This document shows positions 1-8,730 of a stretch of 64,000 bases of DNA, piece by piece (the first letter of the stretch is position 1; every line of letters starts with the position of its first letter). The position numbers were made by a program, and so were the translations under genes. Source of the DNA: a virus (Duplodnaviria; Caudoviricetes); the IMG/VR virus record IMGVR_UViG_3300035180_001220, positions 1-64,000 of that record, one strand, 5' to 3'. The notes under the pieces are model-generated. The model was not told the DNA's origin, ran no database searches, and saw nothing but the letters and a program-made list of their open reading frames with translations.

Positions 1-103
1 ATGAATCACTTATCACCTTTTTGGAAATGGGATGTAGCATTGTCTCCTGAACTTTTAGAATGTTTTCTAAAAGAAATATCAGATCTTGAATTACATCAAG
101 GGG
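1..103 (+). repeat. Inverted exact copy of the first ~103 nt of the 2OG-Fe(II) oxygenase gene (49792-49894, minus strand)
   Basis: atgaatcacttatcacc...ttacatcaagggg equals the reverse complement of 49792-49894, then diverges. Confidence 0.9.
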
Positions 104-488
104 GCAATTCGAGGCAATACTATGGCAGCACTTTTTACCGGAACTAAATTCGTAACGAGCATATGATCCACAATTGTAGTCACAAAGATCATTGCCGGTG
201 TATTCTTTTATTAGGCGAGTAAATTTAGCACCCGATTTATGATTCTGTGCTTTTAGTTTGGTAGAACAAATAGTAGACCCACAGGTTTTGAACTTACTTT
301 TAGGTCTACGAGAATTAGATAGTGATCCGAGTTCGTAAGTTTTACAAACCGGGCTTGATGGTGTTGATAAATAACATTGCTGATGCTCCTTCAAAGCGTT
401 AGAGTGAGTGGGTATTTCCAGTACCGCGACTCGCACTATTATTTATCATATTTCTTGACAACAATACAATTTTGTACTATATTAAAGT

Positions 489-779
489 ATGATTACATTT
501 TATCCTCGAGATATAGCAAGGTGGAGAAAAGAGTTTGACTTTACTCCAGATATTACACTTATTCCAAAAGAAAAGACCGACTACAAGGTATTTTACAATC
601 GTGACGAACTTATTGGGTTTTTGAAAGAGCGCGGTGTTAGATTAGATGACCCACATCATCCACTAAAGATAGAATCAGTAAGCGGTGAGGTATGTACCAA
701 AGGACACAGCCATCAAGGCGAACTCTTTGCTGTGATTCAATGGACAGTGCTTGGTTGGATTAGGGATAACTATGTTTAA
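489..779 (+). CDS. hypothetical phage protein
   Basis: 96-aa ORF after a TTGACA-N17-TACTAT promoter-like sequence. Confidence 0.6.
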   Translation: MITFYPRDIARWRKEFDFTPDITLIPKEKTDYKVFYNRDELIGFLKERGVRLDDPHHPLKIESVSGEVCTKGHSHQGELFAVIQWTVLGWIRDNYV

Positions 780-993
780 GAAGGACCCAGCAACTGATCT
801 AGGTAAGGCTTCGAAGAAGGGCCGTGTTACTCTCTGGGTATCTGGTGGTGAATATGAAACATCAGTTGAACGTCCTACCAATTGGACTGATAAGGGTGTG
901 GGCTGGGAAGAAGCGTTGGTTACATACTACGAAGATGGTGAACTTATGTTCACTCAGACTATTGAAGAAGTTCGTGCTAACACAATGGTATAA
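772..993 (+). CDS. hypothetical phage protein
   Basis: ORF (MFKKDPAT...) overlapping the previous stop; SD-like aggga upstream. Confidence 0.55.
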   Translation: MFKKDPATDLGKASKKGRVTLWVSGGEYETSVERPTNWTDKGVGWEEALVTYYEDGELMFTQTIEEVRANTMV

Positions 994-1475
994 ATTATGT
1001 ATTTGATTATTACTACGAGGACTATCCACCATGAAGGTGATGAACTAAGCCGACAGTATCCTGGCTATGGGTATCCTGCTTACTCAGAAGTTGTTCAGCA
1101 TCTTGAGAAGTTTGAAAGCTATGGCCCTTCGCTCAAAAGGTGAAAGACTATCTCAAATCGCAGATGCCAATCAAGATTTATGAAGGTAAAGTATTGAAGG
1201 CTTCTCTAACTATTGATGTCGAAATAGGGGATAACACGGTAACAAGTTGATTACGCGGTGCCAGACAAGTCTGTTGTAAAGGAAAGTTGTTTGTTGTCAT
1301 TGCAGCACTAAGTTGGAATATGTTCCTATGGACATTAAATCCCGCTCATACAGAGATATTGGCGGTGGCAGCGGCACTGATTATGTTATTAAGTGCCCTC
1401 CTTGTAGAAATGAAGTAACTGTTAAAAGGTATTAAAAAGGAAATTCTATCTAAAATTGTTGAGACTTGGAATGGT

Positions 1476-2084
1476 TTGTCTACTTATGAAATGTGGGCCA
1501 ATATCATGACCATCGTCTGTATCTTCTTGGCTGGACGAAATAACGTTCACACTTGGTGGACTGGTATCGTTGCTAGCATTCTGTTCGGCTATGTGTTCTG
1601 GACTGCTAACCTCTACGCTGACACTACCCTCCAAGTGTTCTTCGTGGTTACGAGCCTCATTGGCTGGTACAACTGGATTAAGAAGGACAATCTTTATGAT
1701 GTTTCATCAGGGCAAGATGAAACAGAGCTTGAAGTAGTAACTGAAACACTGCCTGTGGATTACGCTCCTAAGGAGCAGATGATTAGCTACCTGATTTTGG
1801 CAGTACTTGTTGCTGCAGTGTATGGTTGGATTCTCCACACTTACACAAACGCTTTCGCACCACGGGTTGACTCAATAGTCCTTATGCTCAGCATCGTGGC
1901 CCAACTGTTGTTGATGTCCCGTAAGGTTCAAAACTGGCCAGTTTGGGTGTTGGTTAACATGCTGAGCACACTGCTGTACTTCACTCGTGAACTTTACCTG
2001 ACCTCTGCTCTGTATGCAGCGTTCTTTGTGAATGCTCTGGTCTCCTGGAGAACCTGGGTTAGGCTTGCTAAGGAGCAAGCTTAA
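1476..2084 (+). CDS. pnuC: nicotinamide riboside transporter PnuC
   Basis: Multi-TM protein with LYADxxLQ, GWYNW, DS..LSIVAQLL..RK.QNWPVW motifs. Confidence 0.9.
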   Translation: MSTYEMWANIMTIVCIFLAGRNNVHTWWTGIVASILFGYVFWTANLYADTTLQVFFVVTSLIGWYNWIKKDNLYDVSSGQDETELEVVTETLPVDYAPKEQMISYLILAVLVAAVYGWILHTYTNAFAPRVDSIVLMLSIVAQLLLMSRKVQNWPVWVLVNMLSTLLYFTRELYLTSALYAAFFVNALVSWRTWVRLAKEQA

Positions 2085-2429
2085 TACTGAAAGATCGTTT
2101 GGCCCTTATGGAAAAGGATGCTGTGCCAGCAAAGAGGTATTGTGCGCAAGCTTTACTTCAAGATTGTGCCAGTCCAACCTGACATCAGCAATCCCATCTT
2201 ACGCTTAGCCGGATATGATGACCAGGAGATTGCTTATGAAGCTGCTAAACTTGGTTATGTGAAAAATTGAAATTGTTAAACCGATGATCGCTGTTGGCCA
2301 TAAATAACAACGATTTGAAAAGGTAACTCGAGTAGAAGTCATTTGATGATAGAGTTCAGAAGGTCAGGACATACCTTCTAGACTTGCCCCTGTGCTATAA
2401 ATATATCTCTTTAAACGATCGAGCATATA

Positions 2430-2747
2430 ATGGCTGACATAATCAAAAGACCAGGACACTACGTGTTCAAACTGAAGGAATGGACTGATGATGATTTAGC
2501 TTCTGCTAAATCAACTCTTGAGACTAGCTATCCTCGCATCTTCAAGATGGTAGAAGCTGGATGGGGTAGTGGAGAGCTCCAGAAGAAATTGACAAGCATG
2601 CTGCATGTCGATAATGTAAAGCGTGAAGGATTCCCCGTTGACGTTTGCGAAGCGATCATGATCATCCAAGAATTTCATGAGCAGGAATTTGGCTTCGCAA
2701 ACACCTTCAACCACAGTACGTTCGGTCAACTGCCGGATCAGTGGTAA
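2430..2747 (+). CDS. conserved hypothetical protein (host-like YPRI...WG...REGFP motif)
   Basis: 105-aa ORF after late promoter TATAAATA (~2396). Confidence 0.7.
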   Translation: MADIIKRPGHYVFKLKEWTDDDLASAKSTLETSYPRIFKMVEAGWGSGELQKKLTSMLHVDNVKREGFPVDVCEAIMIIQEFHEQEFGFANTFNHSTFGQLPDQW

Positions 2748-2763
2748 CATTTCTCTGGCTTCC

Positions 2764-2771
2764 TATAAATA
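2764..2771 (+). promoter_or_regulatory. T4-type late promoter driving leader 1
   Basis: TATAAATA about 30 nt before the leader ORF. Confidence 0.65.
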
Positions 2772-2800
2772 AAGTCACTATTAACCCAATCGAGAATCAA

Positions 2801-2890
2801 GTGCAAACTTCCTCCCTAATATCAGTAACCTATCCGTTGACAGCATATGCTGCCGGCATTGCGTTACTCCCTGGGAGCCTTCACCCTTGA
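2801..2890 (+). CDS. leader peptide 1 (29 aa, MQTSSLISVTYPLTAYAAGIALLPGSLHP) of tRNA array 1 attenuator
   Basis: GTG start with GAGA SD; stop overlaps the antiterminator 5' strand; codons match the downstream tRNAs. Confidence 0.7.
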   Translation: MQTSSLISVTYPLTAYAAGIALLPGSLHP

Positions 2891-2947
2891 CTAGAAAGTA
2901 GAAAAACTTTTAAGATCAAGGGACTTCTTAGAAGTCCCTTTTCTTTT
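2884..2947 (+). terminator. attenuator 1: antiterminator (cccttga 2884-2890 / tcaaggg 2916-2922) exclusive with terminator (aagggacttc-tta-gaagtccctt-ttctttt)
   Basis: Two hairpins share aaggg; U-tract follows the second. Confidence 0.8.
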
Positions 2948-3017
2948 GTATAGAGATTTCTGTAAGTGGTTTGTTACAATTGTTGCAAACTATTTTCAAA
3001 AATAGCTAAAATAACTG

Positions 3018-3177
3018 TTTACATTGGTCTGATTGTAGTGTATAATTACTTATCAAACAAAAACGAAGGTGAATAACTGAAGCGGCGGATGCTCTAGATT
3101 TTTGCAGTGATTAACAGCAAATTTAGAAAGAAAGTTTGAAATAGTTGTTTACTTCAGTTTGAAGTATGATATAATTT
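3018..3177 (+). promoter_or_regulatory. two tandem sigma70-like promoters upstream of tRNA array 1
   Basis: tttacattggtctgattgtagtgtataat and tttacttcagtttgaagtatgatataat; boxA-like gtctttaaaa near 3246. Confidence 0.65.
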
Positions 3178-3349
3178 AATTTTACAGCAGCCTGATAGCT
3201 TACAGGTAATAGCCAAAGAACTTCATCGTAGGTTCCTTGTGATGGTCTTTAAAAATTCAGTAGAAACAATTAGCCGTACGGCTAATTGACTCTTGAATCC
3301 CTCGCGTAAGCTGTGGTTCTTTCTTGAGAAAATAAAACGTACGGACTTT

Positions 3350-3424
3350 GGGCACTTAACTCAGCGGTAGAGTTCTTCTTTTACACGGAAGCGGTCAGAG
3401 GTTCGATCCCTCTAGTGCCCACCA
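3350..3424 (+). tRNA. tRNA-Val(TAC)
   Basis: Cloverleaf, loop TT-TAC-AC, CCA end. Confidence 0.9.
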
Positions 3425-3638
3425 TTTCAAAATATCGTAGGTGATGATGCCCCGTACTAAGGGAAGCTTCCCTGATCTAAACGGTATTTTGAAATGGTAT
3501 GTGACAATAGCCCAACGATAGCTGACTTCGGAAGCGACAATAGGAGCACGATAACAATCCATTTATAAACGTACTTCTGAAGTTGGTTCAGTTAGACAGG
3601 GAGATCCAATAGCCTATGTCGTCAGTATGTTTATAAAT

Positions 3639-3720
3639 GGAGACGGAAAGCTGGTGGTTCCAGCAGCGAGTCTGTAAAACTCGGCCTTCGGGGAGAGGAT
3701 CGTAACCTCACGGCTCCACC
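3639..3720 (+). tRNA. tRNA-Tyr(GTA)
   Basis: cgagt-CTGTAAA-actcg, variable arm, atypical T loop. Confidence 0.8.
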
Positions 3721-3747
3721 GCCAGGTTAGCAGGTAATAAATAGACA

Positions 3748-4407
3748 ATGAAACAGCATTTGATCTATAAAATTACCAACACTCTCAACGGAAGATTTTA
3801 CGTTGGTATGCATACTGGCTTTGAAGATGACAATTACTTTGGTAGTGGTCGTCGAATTAAGGCAGAGATAAAGAAATATGGTAGAGAAAATTTTAAGAAA
3901 GAAATACTTGAAGTTTGCTCTGATAGAAAATCTCTTAAACAAAGAGAAGCAGCAATAGTTAATGAAGAACTTTTGATTGATCCCTTATGTCTTAACCTAA
4001 AGAATGGTGGAGAAGGTGGTGGTAAGTTTAAATCAAAAGAGCATCAGCAAAAATGCACCATTGCTGCAATAGGAACTGGTACTGCAACTCTCAGAAAAAG
4101 ATTACAGGATTCTGCTTATGAAAAACAGTTTAAGCAGAATGTTAGCAATAGTATGAAGGCTTATTATGCTGCAAATCCTCAGATGAAAAGCATAAATCAA
4201 GCGAAGGCAACTGCTGCTTCAAAATCGGTAGCAGTGTCGGAAAAGAGAAAAGAAACATTTGCTAAGATAAAATTCCAGCAAGGGGAAAATAATTCCCAGT
4301 TTGGTGTTAAGCGAATAGGAATAATAAAAGATGGGAAGATCAAAAAAGTTCTTCTTGATCAAGTTCAACTATTTTTAGATGATGGTTGGAAAAGAGGTTT
4401 TAAATAA
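3748..4407 (+). CDS. GIY-YIG (Seg-like) homing endonuclease
   Basis: IYKITN...FYVG..H...YFGSG...ENFKKEILE motif; inserted in the tRNA array. Confidence 0.9.
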   Translation: MKQHLIYKITNTLNGRFYVGMHTGFEDDNYFGSGRRIKAEIKKYGRENFKKEILEVCSDRKSLKQREAAIVNEELLIDPLCLNLKNGGEGGGKFKSKEHQQKCTIAAIGTGTATLRKRLQDSAYEKQFKQNVSNSMKAYYAANPQMKSINQAKATAASKSVAVSEKRKETFAKIKFQQGENNSQFGVKRIGIIKDGKIKKVLLDQVQLFLDDGWKRGFK

Positions 4408-4408
4408 T

Positions 4409-4486
4409 GCGGGATTAGTGTTCAACGGCCAAGCACAATAGTCTTCCAAACTGAAAGTACGAGTTCGAATCTCGTATCCCGCTCCA
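4409..4486 (+). tRNA. tRNA-Gly(TCC)
   Basis: gcgggat acceptor, CT-TCC-AA loop, TCCA end. Confidence 0.85.
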
Positions 4487-4500
4487 GTTAATTACGATTT

Positions 4501-4643
4501 TGTTAGTGAGAACTAAATGGGAAAGTTAGCGACAAGCTATTTGGAAAGTCTGGATTAATACAGAGCAAACTATTCAAATGGGGAGTGTATCACGATCGGT
4601 ATCGTACCGATATTAGATGGTTCGAATCCATCCACTAATAGCA
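4501..4643 (+). ncRNA. tRNA-like RNA with expanded anticodon region
   Basis: tgttagtg/cactaata acceptor-like stem, D-like aact..agtt, canonical gatggTTCGAATccatc T arm, ~85-nt structured middle. Confidence 0.5.
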
Positions 4644-4649
4644 ATTTTC

Positions 4650-4726
4650 CTCAGTGTTGGTTAGCAGCTATGCCGCCCTGTTTGGGGCGGAGACTTCGTG
4701 GGACTCGAGTCCCACGACTGAGACCA
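4650..4726 (+). tRNA. tRNA-Pro(TGG), divergent
   Basis: TT-TGG-GG loop, ctcagt/actgag acceptor, ACCA. Confidence 0.6.
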
Positions 4727-4759
4727 CGTAAATAGATTTTTAATCAGAGGAAATTAGAA

Positions 4760-5116
4760 ATGGATTATCGACCTATACAGCGATTTGCTGACTCAGAGTT
4801 TGCTTCACAGCTAAAATCTGAAGAGGATTCATTTCCTGATACTGATAAGATGCCGCTTGATGATTTTCCTGATACCGACTTTCAAGATAGTTTGGTTACT
4901 TCAGAAATGGAACCAGAGACAATGTCTTCTGAATTGTATGAAGAGTTTGAAGAGTCAAGAATGAACTCTAATCTGTCAAGAGAACAGAATGCTGCACCTA
5001 AAGAAAGATTTTGGCAGTTCGATTTTACTGATTCTGTTCAAGACATAAAAGATGGAACACTAGTCACGGAGATTAATGCCTCTGAGGATTTGTTCAACAA
5101 GTATTTCAATAAGTGA
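4760..5116 (+). CDS. acidic hypothetical protein
   Basis: 118-aa ORF with SD gagga. Confidence 0.6.
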   Translation: MDYRPIQRFADSEFASQLKSEEDSFPDTDKMPLDDFPDTDFQDSLVTSEMEPETMSSELYEEFEESRMNSNLSREQNAAPKERFWQFDFTDSVQDIKDGTLVTEINASEDLFNKYFNK

Positions 5117-5149
5117 TAGTTGTTTTAAGGCTAATGATTTGCAATTTAT

Positions 5150-5224
5150 GCGGGTGTAACTCAGTGGTAGAGTGGCAGCCTTCCAAGCTGTTCGTCGCAG
5201 GTTCAATCCCTGTCACCCGCTCCA
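5150..5224 (+). tRNA. tRNA-Gly(TCC)
   Basis: Canonical cloverleaf, TCCA. Confidence 0.9.
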
Positions 5225-5293
5225 AACAACAACGTGTTGCATTCAAGGTATGAAAATGCTATGCAACACTTTTATAACAAAAACAAGAAATAT

Positions 5294-5364
5294 TGCGGGA
5301 ATTCAGGGTATCCTCCAGTCTCATAAGCTCGGAGCAGAAGTTTCGAATACTTCCCCCGCATCCA
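5294..5364 (+). tRNA. tRNA-Met(CAT), degenerate with short D arm
   Basis: CT-CAT-AA loop, T-arm-like ttcgaat, TCCA. Confidence 0.45.
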
Positions 5365-5368
5365 CTAT

Positions 5369-5446
5369 GCCCTCGTTGCCAAATAGGAAAAGGCGCTTCA
5401 CTTAGAATGAAGAATAGCTAGGAGTGTGAGGTGCCCGTGGGTACCA
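5369..5446 (+). pseudogene. tRNA-Leu(TAG) pseudogene
   Basis: cttca-CTTAGAA-tgaag intact; T arm disrupted; ACCA. Confidence 0.55.
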
Positions 5447-5590
5447 GAATATTGTGTAAGTACGGTTAACCTTATGTGACTATGGACCTATTCTTCATCT
5501 GGCTATAGTGTACTTGATGTCCGTATTAGTATGAAGCGATTCATATCGGCAGTTGGTTGAAGACATAGACTGCGACAATAAATAGATAAT

Positions 5591-5675
5591 GCGAGCGTGA
5601 TGGAACTGGTAGACTTGGCAGTCTAAGAAGCTGCTGCCGAAAGGCGTGGGAGTTCGACTCTCCCCGCTCGCACCA
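5591..5675 (+). tRNA. tRNA-Leu(AAG)
   Basis: Leu-type D loop and long V arm; gcagt-CTAAGAA-gctgc. Confidence 0.85.
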
Positions 5676-5680
5676 AATTT

Positions 5681-5766
5681 GCCCGGGTGATGGAATGGTA
5701 GACTTGTCGCGCTTAGAACGCGATGCCATAAATGGCGTGGGGGTTCGAGTCCCTTCCTGGGCACCA
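5681..5766 (+). tRNA. tRNA-Leu(TAG)
   Basis: tcgcg-CTTAGAA-cgcga, long V arm, ACCA. Confidence 0.9.
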
Positions 5767-5772
5767 AAATAC

Positions 5773-5863
5773 GCGAGTGAGACTTGGTAGTCAGAGGAAC
5801 CTTATAAGTTCTTTGCCCCAGATTAGGGCCTTTGAGAGTGTTCGAATCACTCCGCTCGTACCA
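5773..5863 (+). tRNA. tRNA-Ile(TAT) with long variable arm
   Basis: ggaac-CTTATAA-gttct; ACCA. Confidence 0.75.
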
Positions 5864-5877
5864 ATTAGGAGTTGGCG

Positions 5878-6251
5878 TGTTGTTAAATGAACTTTATGAT
5901 GCTGAACAAGTAATCTTAAATGCACCTATGAATGAGATGGCTAATCTCTATCCAACTTCAACTGGTTTACCAGTTGTTATTTGGTTTGGTGAAGTTAGCG
6001 GGCAGCATGGTCCTAGAGTTAAAGTCAGTAATGCTCCTGGTAGATTTGATGTTAATAACTGTTTTGTTATTAGTGTTGCAAGAGAACCGGAAGTTTTAAC
6101 ACCTAAGAGTGTTAAGATAAAAACAGCAAAAATTGAAGACGCAACTGATTGGATTAAAATCAATTATGATGCGCTAATGGAACTATGGAAGATACACGAA
6201 TCTGGTGATGGTGATTCAACAGAAGTTCTTAGCAGATTAAAGAAAATTTAA
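5878..6251 (+). CDS. hypothetical phage protein (EMANL...HGPRVKV)
   Basis: SD aggag before GTG 5878; probable virion leader. Confidence 0.7.
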
Positions 6252-6253
6252 AT

Positions 6254-6346
6254 GCGAGTATGTAGGGAATCGGTAGACCGAGCTAGCTCAGAACTAATTG
6301 ACCCACGTAACTGTGGCTGGGAGTTCGAATCTCAATGGGAATACCA
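6254..6346 (+). pseudogene. tRNA-Leu(CAG) pseudogene
   Basis: 5' half, CT-CAG-AA loop and T loop present; acceptor 3' strand does not pair. Confidence 0.55.
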
Positions 6347-6440
6347 TTTCAAAGAGTAATGGATAGCGATGTAGTCCGAAAGGATCAAGAGATAATTTCA
6401 AAGACTCGCTTATAAACTGTATTCCATTACTCTTTGAAAT

Positions 6441-6472
6441 GGGGAGGTAGCTCAGTTGGTTAGAGTGCTGGA
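6441..6472 (+). pseudogene. isolated tRNA 5' half
   Basis: ggggaggTAGCTCAGTTGGTTAGAGTgctgga; no matching 3' half found nearby. Confidence 0.5.
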
Positions 6473-6578
6473 GGAACGAAAAGTTTGAAGATAGTGGGCC
6501 CACCTTGAATCACGGCTACGAGATTTTAAAGATTATTTTCTACCTTATCTATGATATAATAGACTAAGTAAAGATAAT

Positions 6579-6697
6579 GCGGGTATGGTGGAATTGGTAG
6601 ACACACCAGACTTCTACGGAACATCTGCTAACGCGGGTGTTCAAAAAAATTTGGCGGGGGCAACCCCATGCCGGTTCGATTCCGGCTACCCGCACCA
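6579..6697 (+). tRNA. tRNA-Leu(TAA) with 32-nt anticodon insertion (6614-6645)
   Basis: Leu body; removing ctacggaacatctgctaacgcgggtgttcaaa restores ccaga-CTTAAAA-tttgg. Confidence 0.75.
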
Positions 6698-6707
6698 TTA
6701 AGGAACA

Positions 6708-6941
6708 ATGCTGATTGTTTTAGCTACAGGATTGTTTCCAGTTTGTGATCGCAATGGTGGGAAAATTTCTGGTAGGTTGAATATCGCAAAAGCTAATATT
6801 CCAGTGCTAATTGAGCAGCGTACACAGAAAATGTTGAGAGATGGAACATATAATCACACAACACCGATTTGGCAGAATGCTTCTTTAACAGAGGAAGCGA
6901 AGAATTGCCACAATGCAATTAAGAGGCCATTCGCCGGGTGA
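6708..6941 (+). CDS. hypothetical protein
   Basis: 77-aa ORF with SD aagga; followed by an endonuclease C-terminal remnant. Confidence 0.45.
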   Translation: MLIVLATGLFPVCDRNGGKISGRLNIAKANIPVLIEQRTQKMLRDGTYNHTTPIWQNASLTEEAKNCHNAIKRPFAG

Positions 6942-7049
6942 AAAGAATAGTCAGTTTGAATCTTGTTGGGTAACTGATGGTGCAAAACCTGTCAAGATTA
7001 AGAATTTAGAGGAATATCTCATTAAAGGATATTTTAAAGGAAGAAAAAA

Positions 7050-7127
7050 GCCCTCGTAGCTCAGTTGGTAGTAGCACCGCACTTGTAATGCGGAGGTCGA
7101 CAGTTCGAATCTCGTCCGAGGGCACCA
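7050..7127 (+). tRNA. tRNA-Thr(TGT)
   Basis: ccgca-CTTGTAA-tgcgg, ACCA. Confidence 0.9.
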
Positions 7128-7415
7128 CTATCATGAAATGCATTAACAACGATAAAGATCATATTCAAGTTCTTTATGAACTCGGCATCTTAGACGATGA
7201 CGATGATTGGGAGTTGTTCTGCAAAATGCAAGCAGAAGAACCACAAATAGATACTGAAACTTGGTTTAAGTATCGTAGTGATGGAAGAATGGTAGAGTCG
7301 CTCTCTACAAAGTTTCAGCTTAACGATTTCTCGAAAGATGAATCGGCCGAAAGGTTTGCGGGAAAGTGAAACATCGGAATGATCTACCCTAGGCATTCCA
7401 AGAATAAGGAGATGT

Positions 7416-8012
7416 ATGAAGCTTCATGAACTAAAAGAAATGGCAATTAGGGGTGGGAATCTAACATCTCAAGCTGAAGAACACGCAAAGAGAATGGAAG
7501 TTTATTTGAAAGATGCCAAGCACATTGGTGATATTGATTCATTTCAAGTAAAACAAAAAGGCAAAGAATATGGAGTGTATAAAGGCGATGAGCTGGTAGC
7601 AATAGCTAATCTCGATCCTATTCCAAATGCATATTCTATTATTGATAATCTTTGGGTTAAGGAAAGTTTTAGAGGAAAGAAAATTCTTGCTAAGCTTCTA
7701 TGGTTTTTTAAATCTAGAGAGAATCACAATAAGATTCTATTTGGAAAAGGTCATACAGACGATACAGTTGATTTGCTAAAAGCAAATGGTTTATCTCTAT
7801 TTAAGAAATATTGGTTTGACCCAATAACAGGCAAAGAAGAAAAGTTTGATCCTAATACAGTAGATGATTATTATGGGTCAGGAAAAAGTAGATGGTCTCT
7901 AATGTTAGAGCATAATGGAGATGATAGTTTTTTAAACATGCCAAAGTTTAATACTTTGGAAGCTGGGTATATTTCCCAAGCATATGATTGGCAAATTGCT
8001 AATCATGAATAG
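7416..8012 (+). CDS. GNAT-like protein with MKLxEL virion leader
   Basis: IDNLWVKESFRGKKILAKLL acetyl-CoA-binding-like motif. Confidence 0.65.
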   Translation: MKLHELKEMAIRGGNLTSQAEEHAKRMEVYLKDAKHIGDIDSFQVKQKGKEYGVYKGDELVAIANLDPIPNAYSIIDNLWVKESFRGKKILAKLLWFFKSRENHNKILFGKGHTDDTVDLLKANGLSLFKKYWFDPITGKEEKFDPNTVDDYYGSGKSRWSLMLEHNGDDSFLNMPKFNTLEAGYISQAYDWQIANHE

Positions 8013-8122
8013 AATTTTTACTCTAGATGAAAATAACTGAGATGACCATCTAATCGCATAGACTGCCGGCAAAGTCGTTAAATTCCTTCTCAGGATTTGC
8101 AGTCATGAAGAGTAAAATAGTT

Positions 8123-8196
8123 AGCTCCATAGCTCAAAAGTAGAGCATACGACTGATAATCGTAAGACCTAGGGGCGGTACCTAGTGGAGCTACCA
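8123..8196 (+). tRNA. tRNA-Ile(GAT)
   Basis: tacga-CTGATAA-tcgta; atypical T loop; ACCA. Confidence 0.8.
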
Positions 8197-8205
8197 TAGT
8201 TTAAT

Positions 8206-8283
8206 GCCCACGTGGACAAATTGGTAAAGTCGGCTCTCTCAAAAGGAGTAGTTCTGTGAGTTCGAGTCTCACCGTGGGTACCA
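8206..8283 (+). tRNA. tRNA-Leu(CAA), short V arm
   Basis: gctct-CTCAAAA-ggagt; ACCA. Confidence 0.8.
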
Positions 8284-8730
8284 GGTTAGGATAGAAGATG
8301 AAAATACGAAATTTATTTCTTGTTCTGAAAGATCAGCTACCCTTAAAGCGATTGATTCGCAACTTAAGGAACGGAAACTTAAAAGGTTTGATTCACATTC
8401 GTTCTCATTTGAGAGCTGATGGGGCAAGCTAAGATAATATACAACACCAAAGCATCTGCTATTCGTGCAGCCGAACAAATGGCTAAGAAGACAGGCAGTA
8501 AGTTTGGTAAATGGAAGTGTATGCATTGTGATGGCTACCATATTGGTAAGAATAGAGTGCAGGATACTTAAAGAATTTGCAATTGACGTCATGGCGACCG
8601 CTGCCACAATGACAAAGCGGAACAGTTGCAGAACCAATGGTAGTGGATCTACAAGACTGACGAGATATCGTACGTAGGCTCGTTAAGTTAAAGCCGTCTA
8701 AGGATTGGACATCTAAGGCGCAGAAATTTT

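Noticed and set aside
1-103. Diversity-generating retroelement TR/VR pair
   Set aside because: The copies are identical, with no adenine-specific mismatches, and there is no reverse transcriptase in the window.
6614-6645. Group I intron in tRNA-Leu(UAA)
   Set aside because: Same insertion site as the cyanobacterial intron but only 32 nt, with no catalytic core.
8655-8695. Hammerhead ribozyme (CTGACGAG)
   Set aside because: No GAAA after the putative stem II; a simple hairpin.
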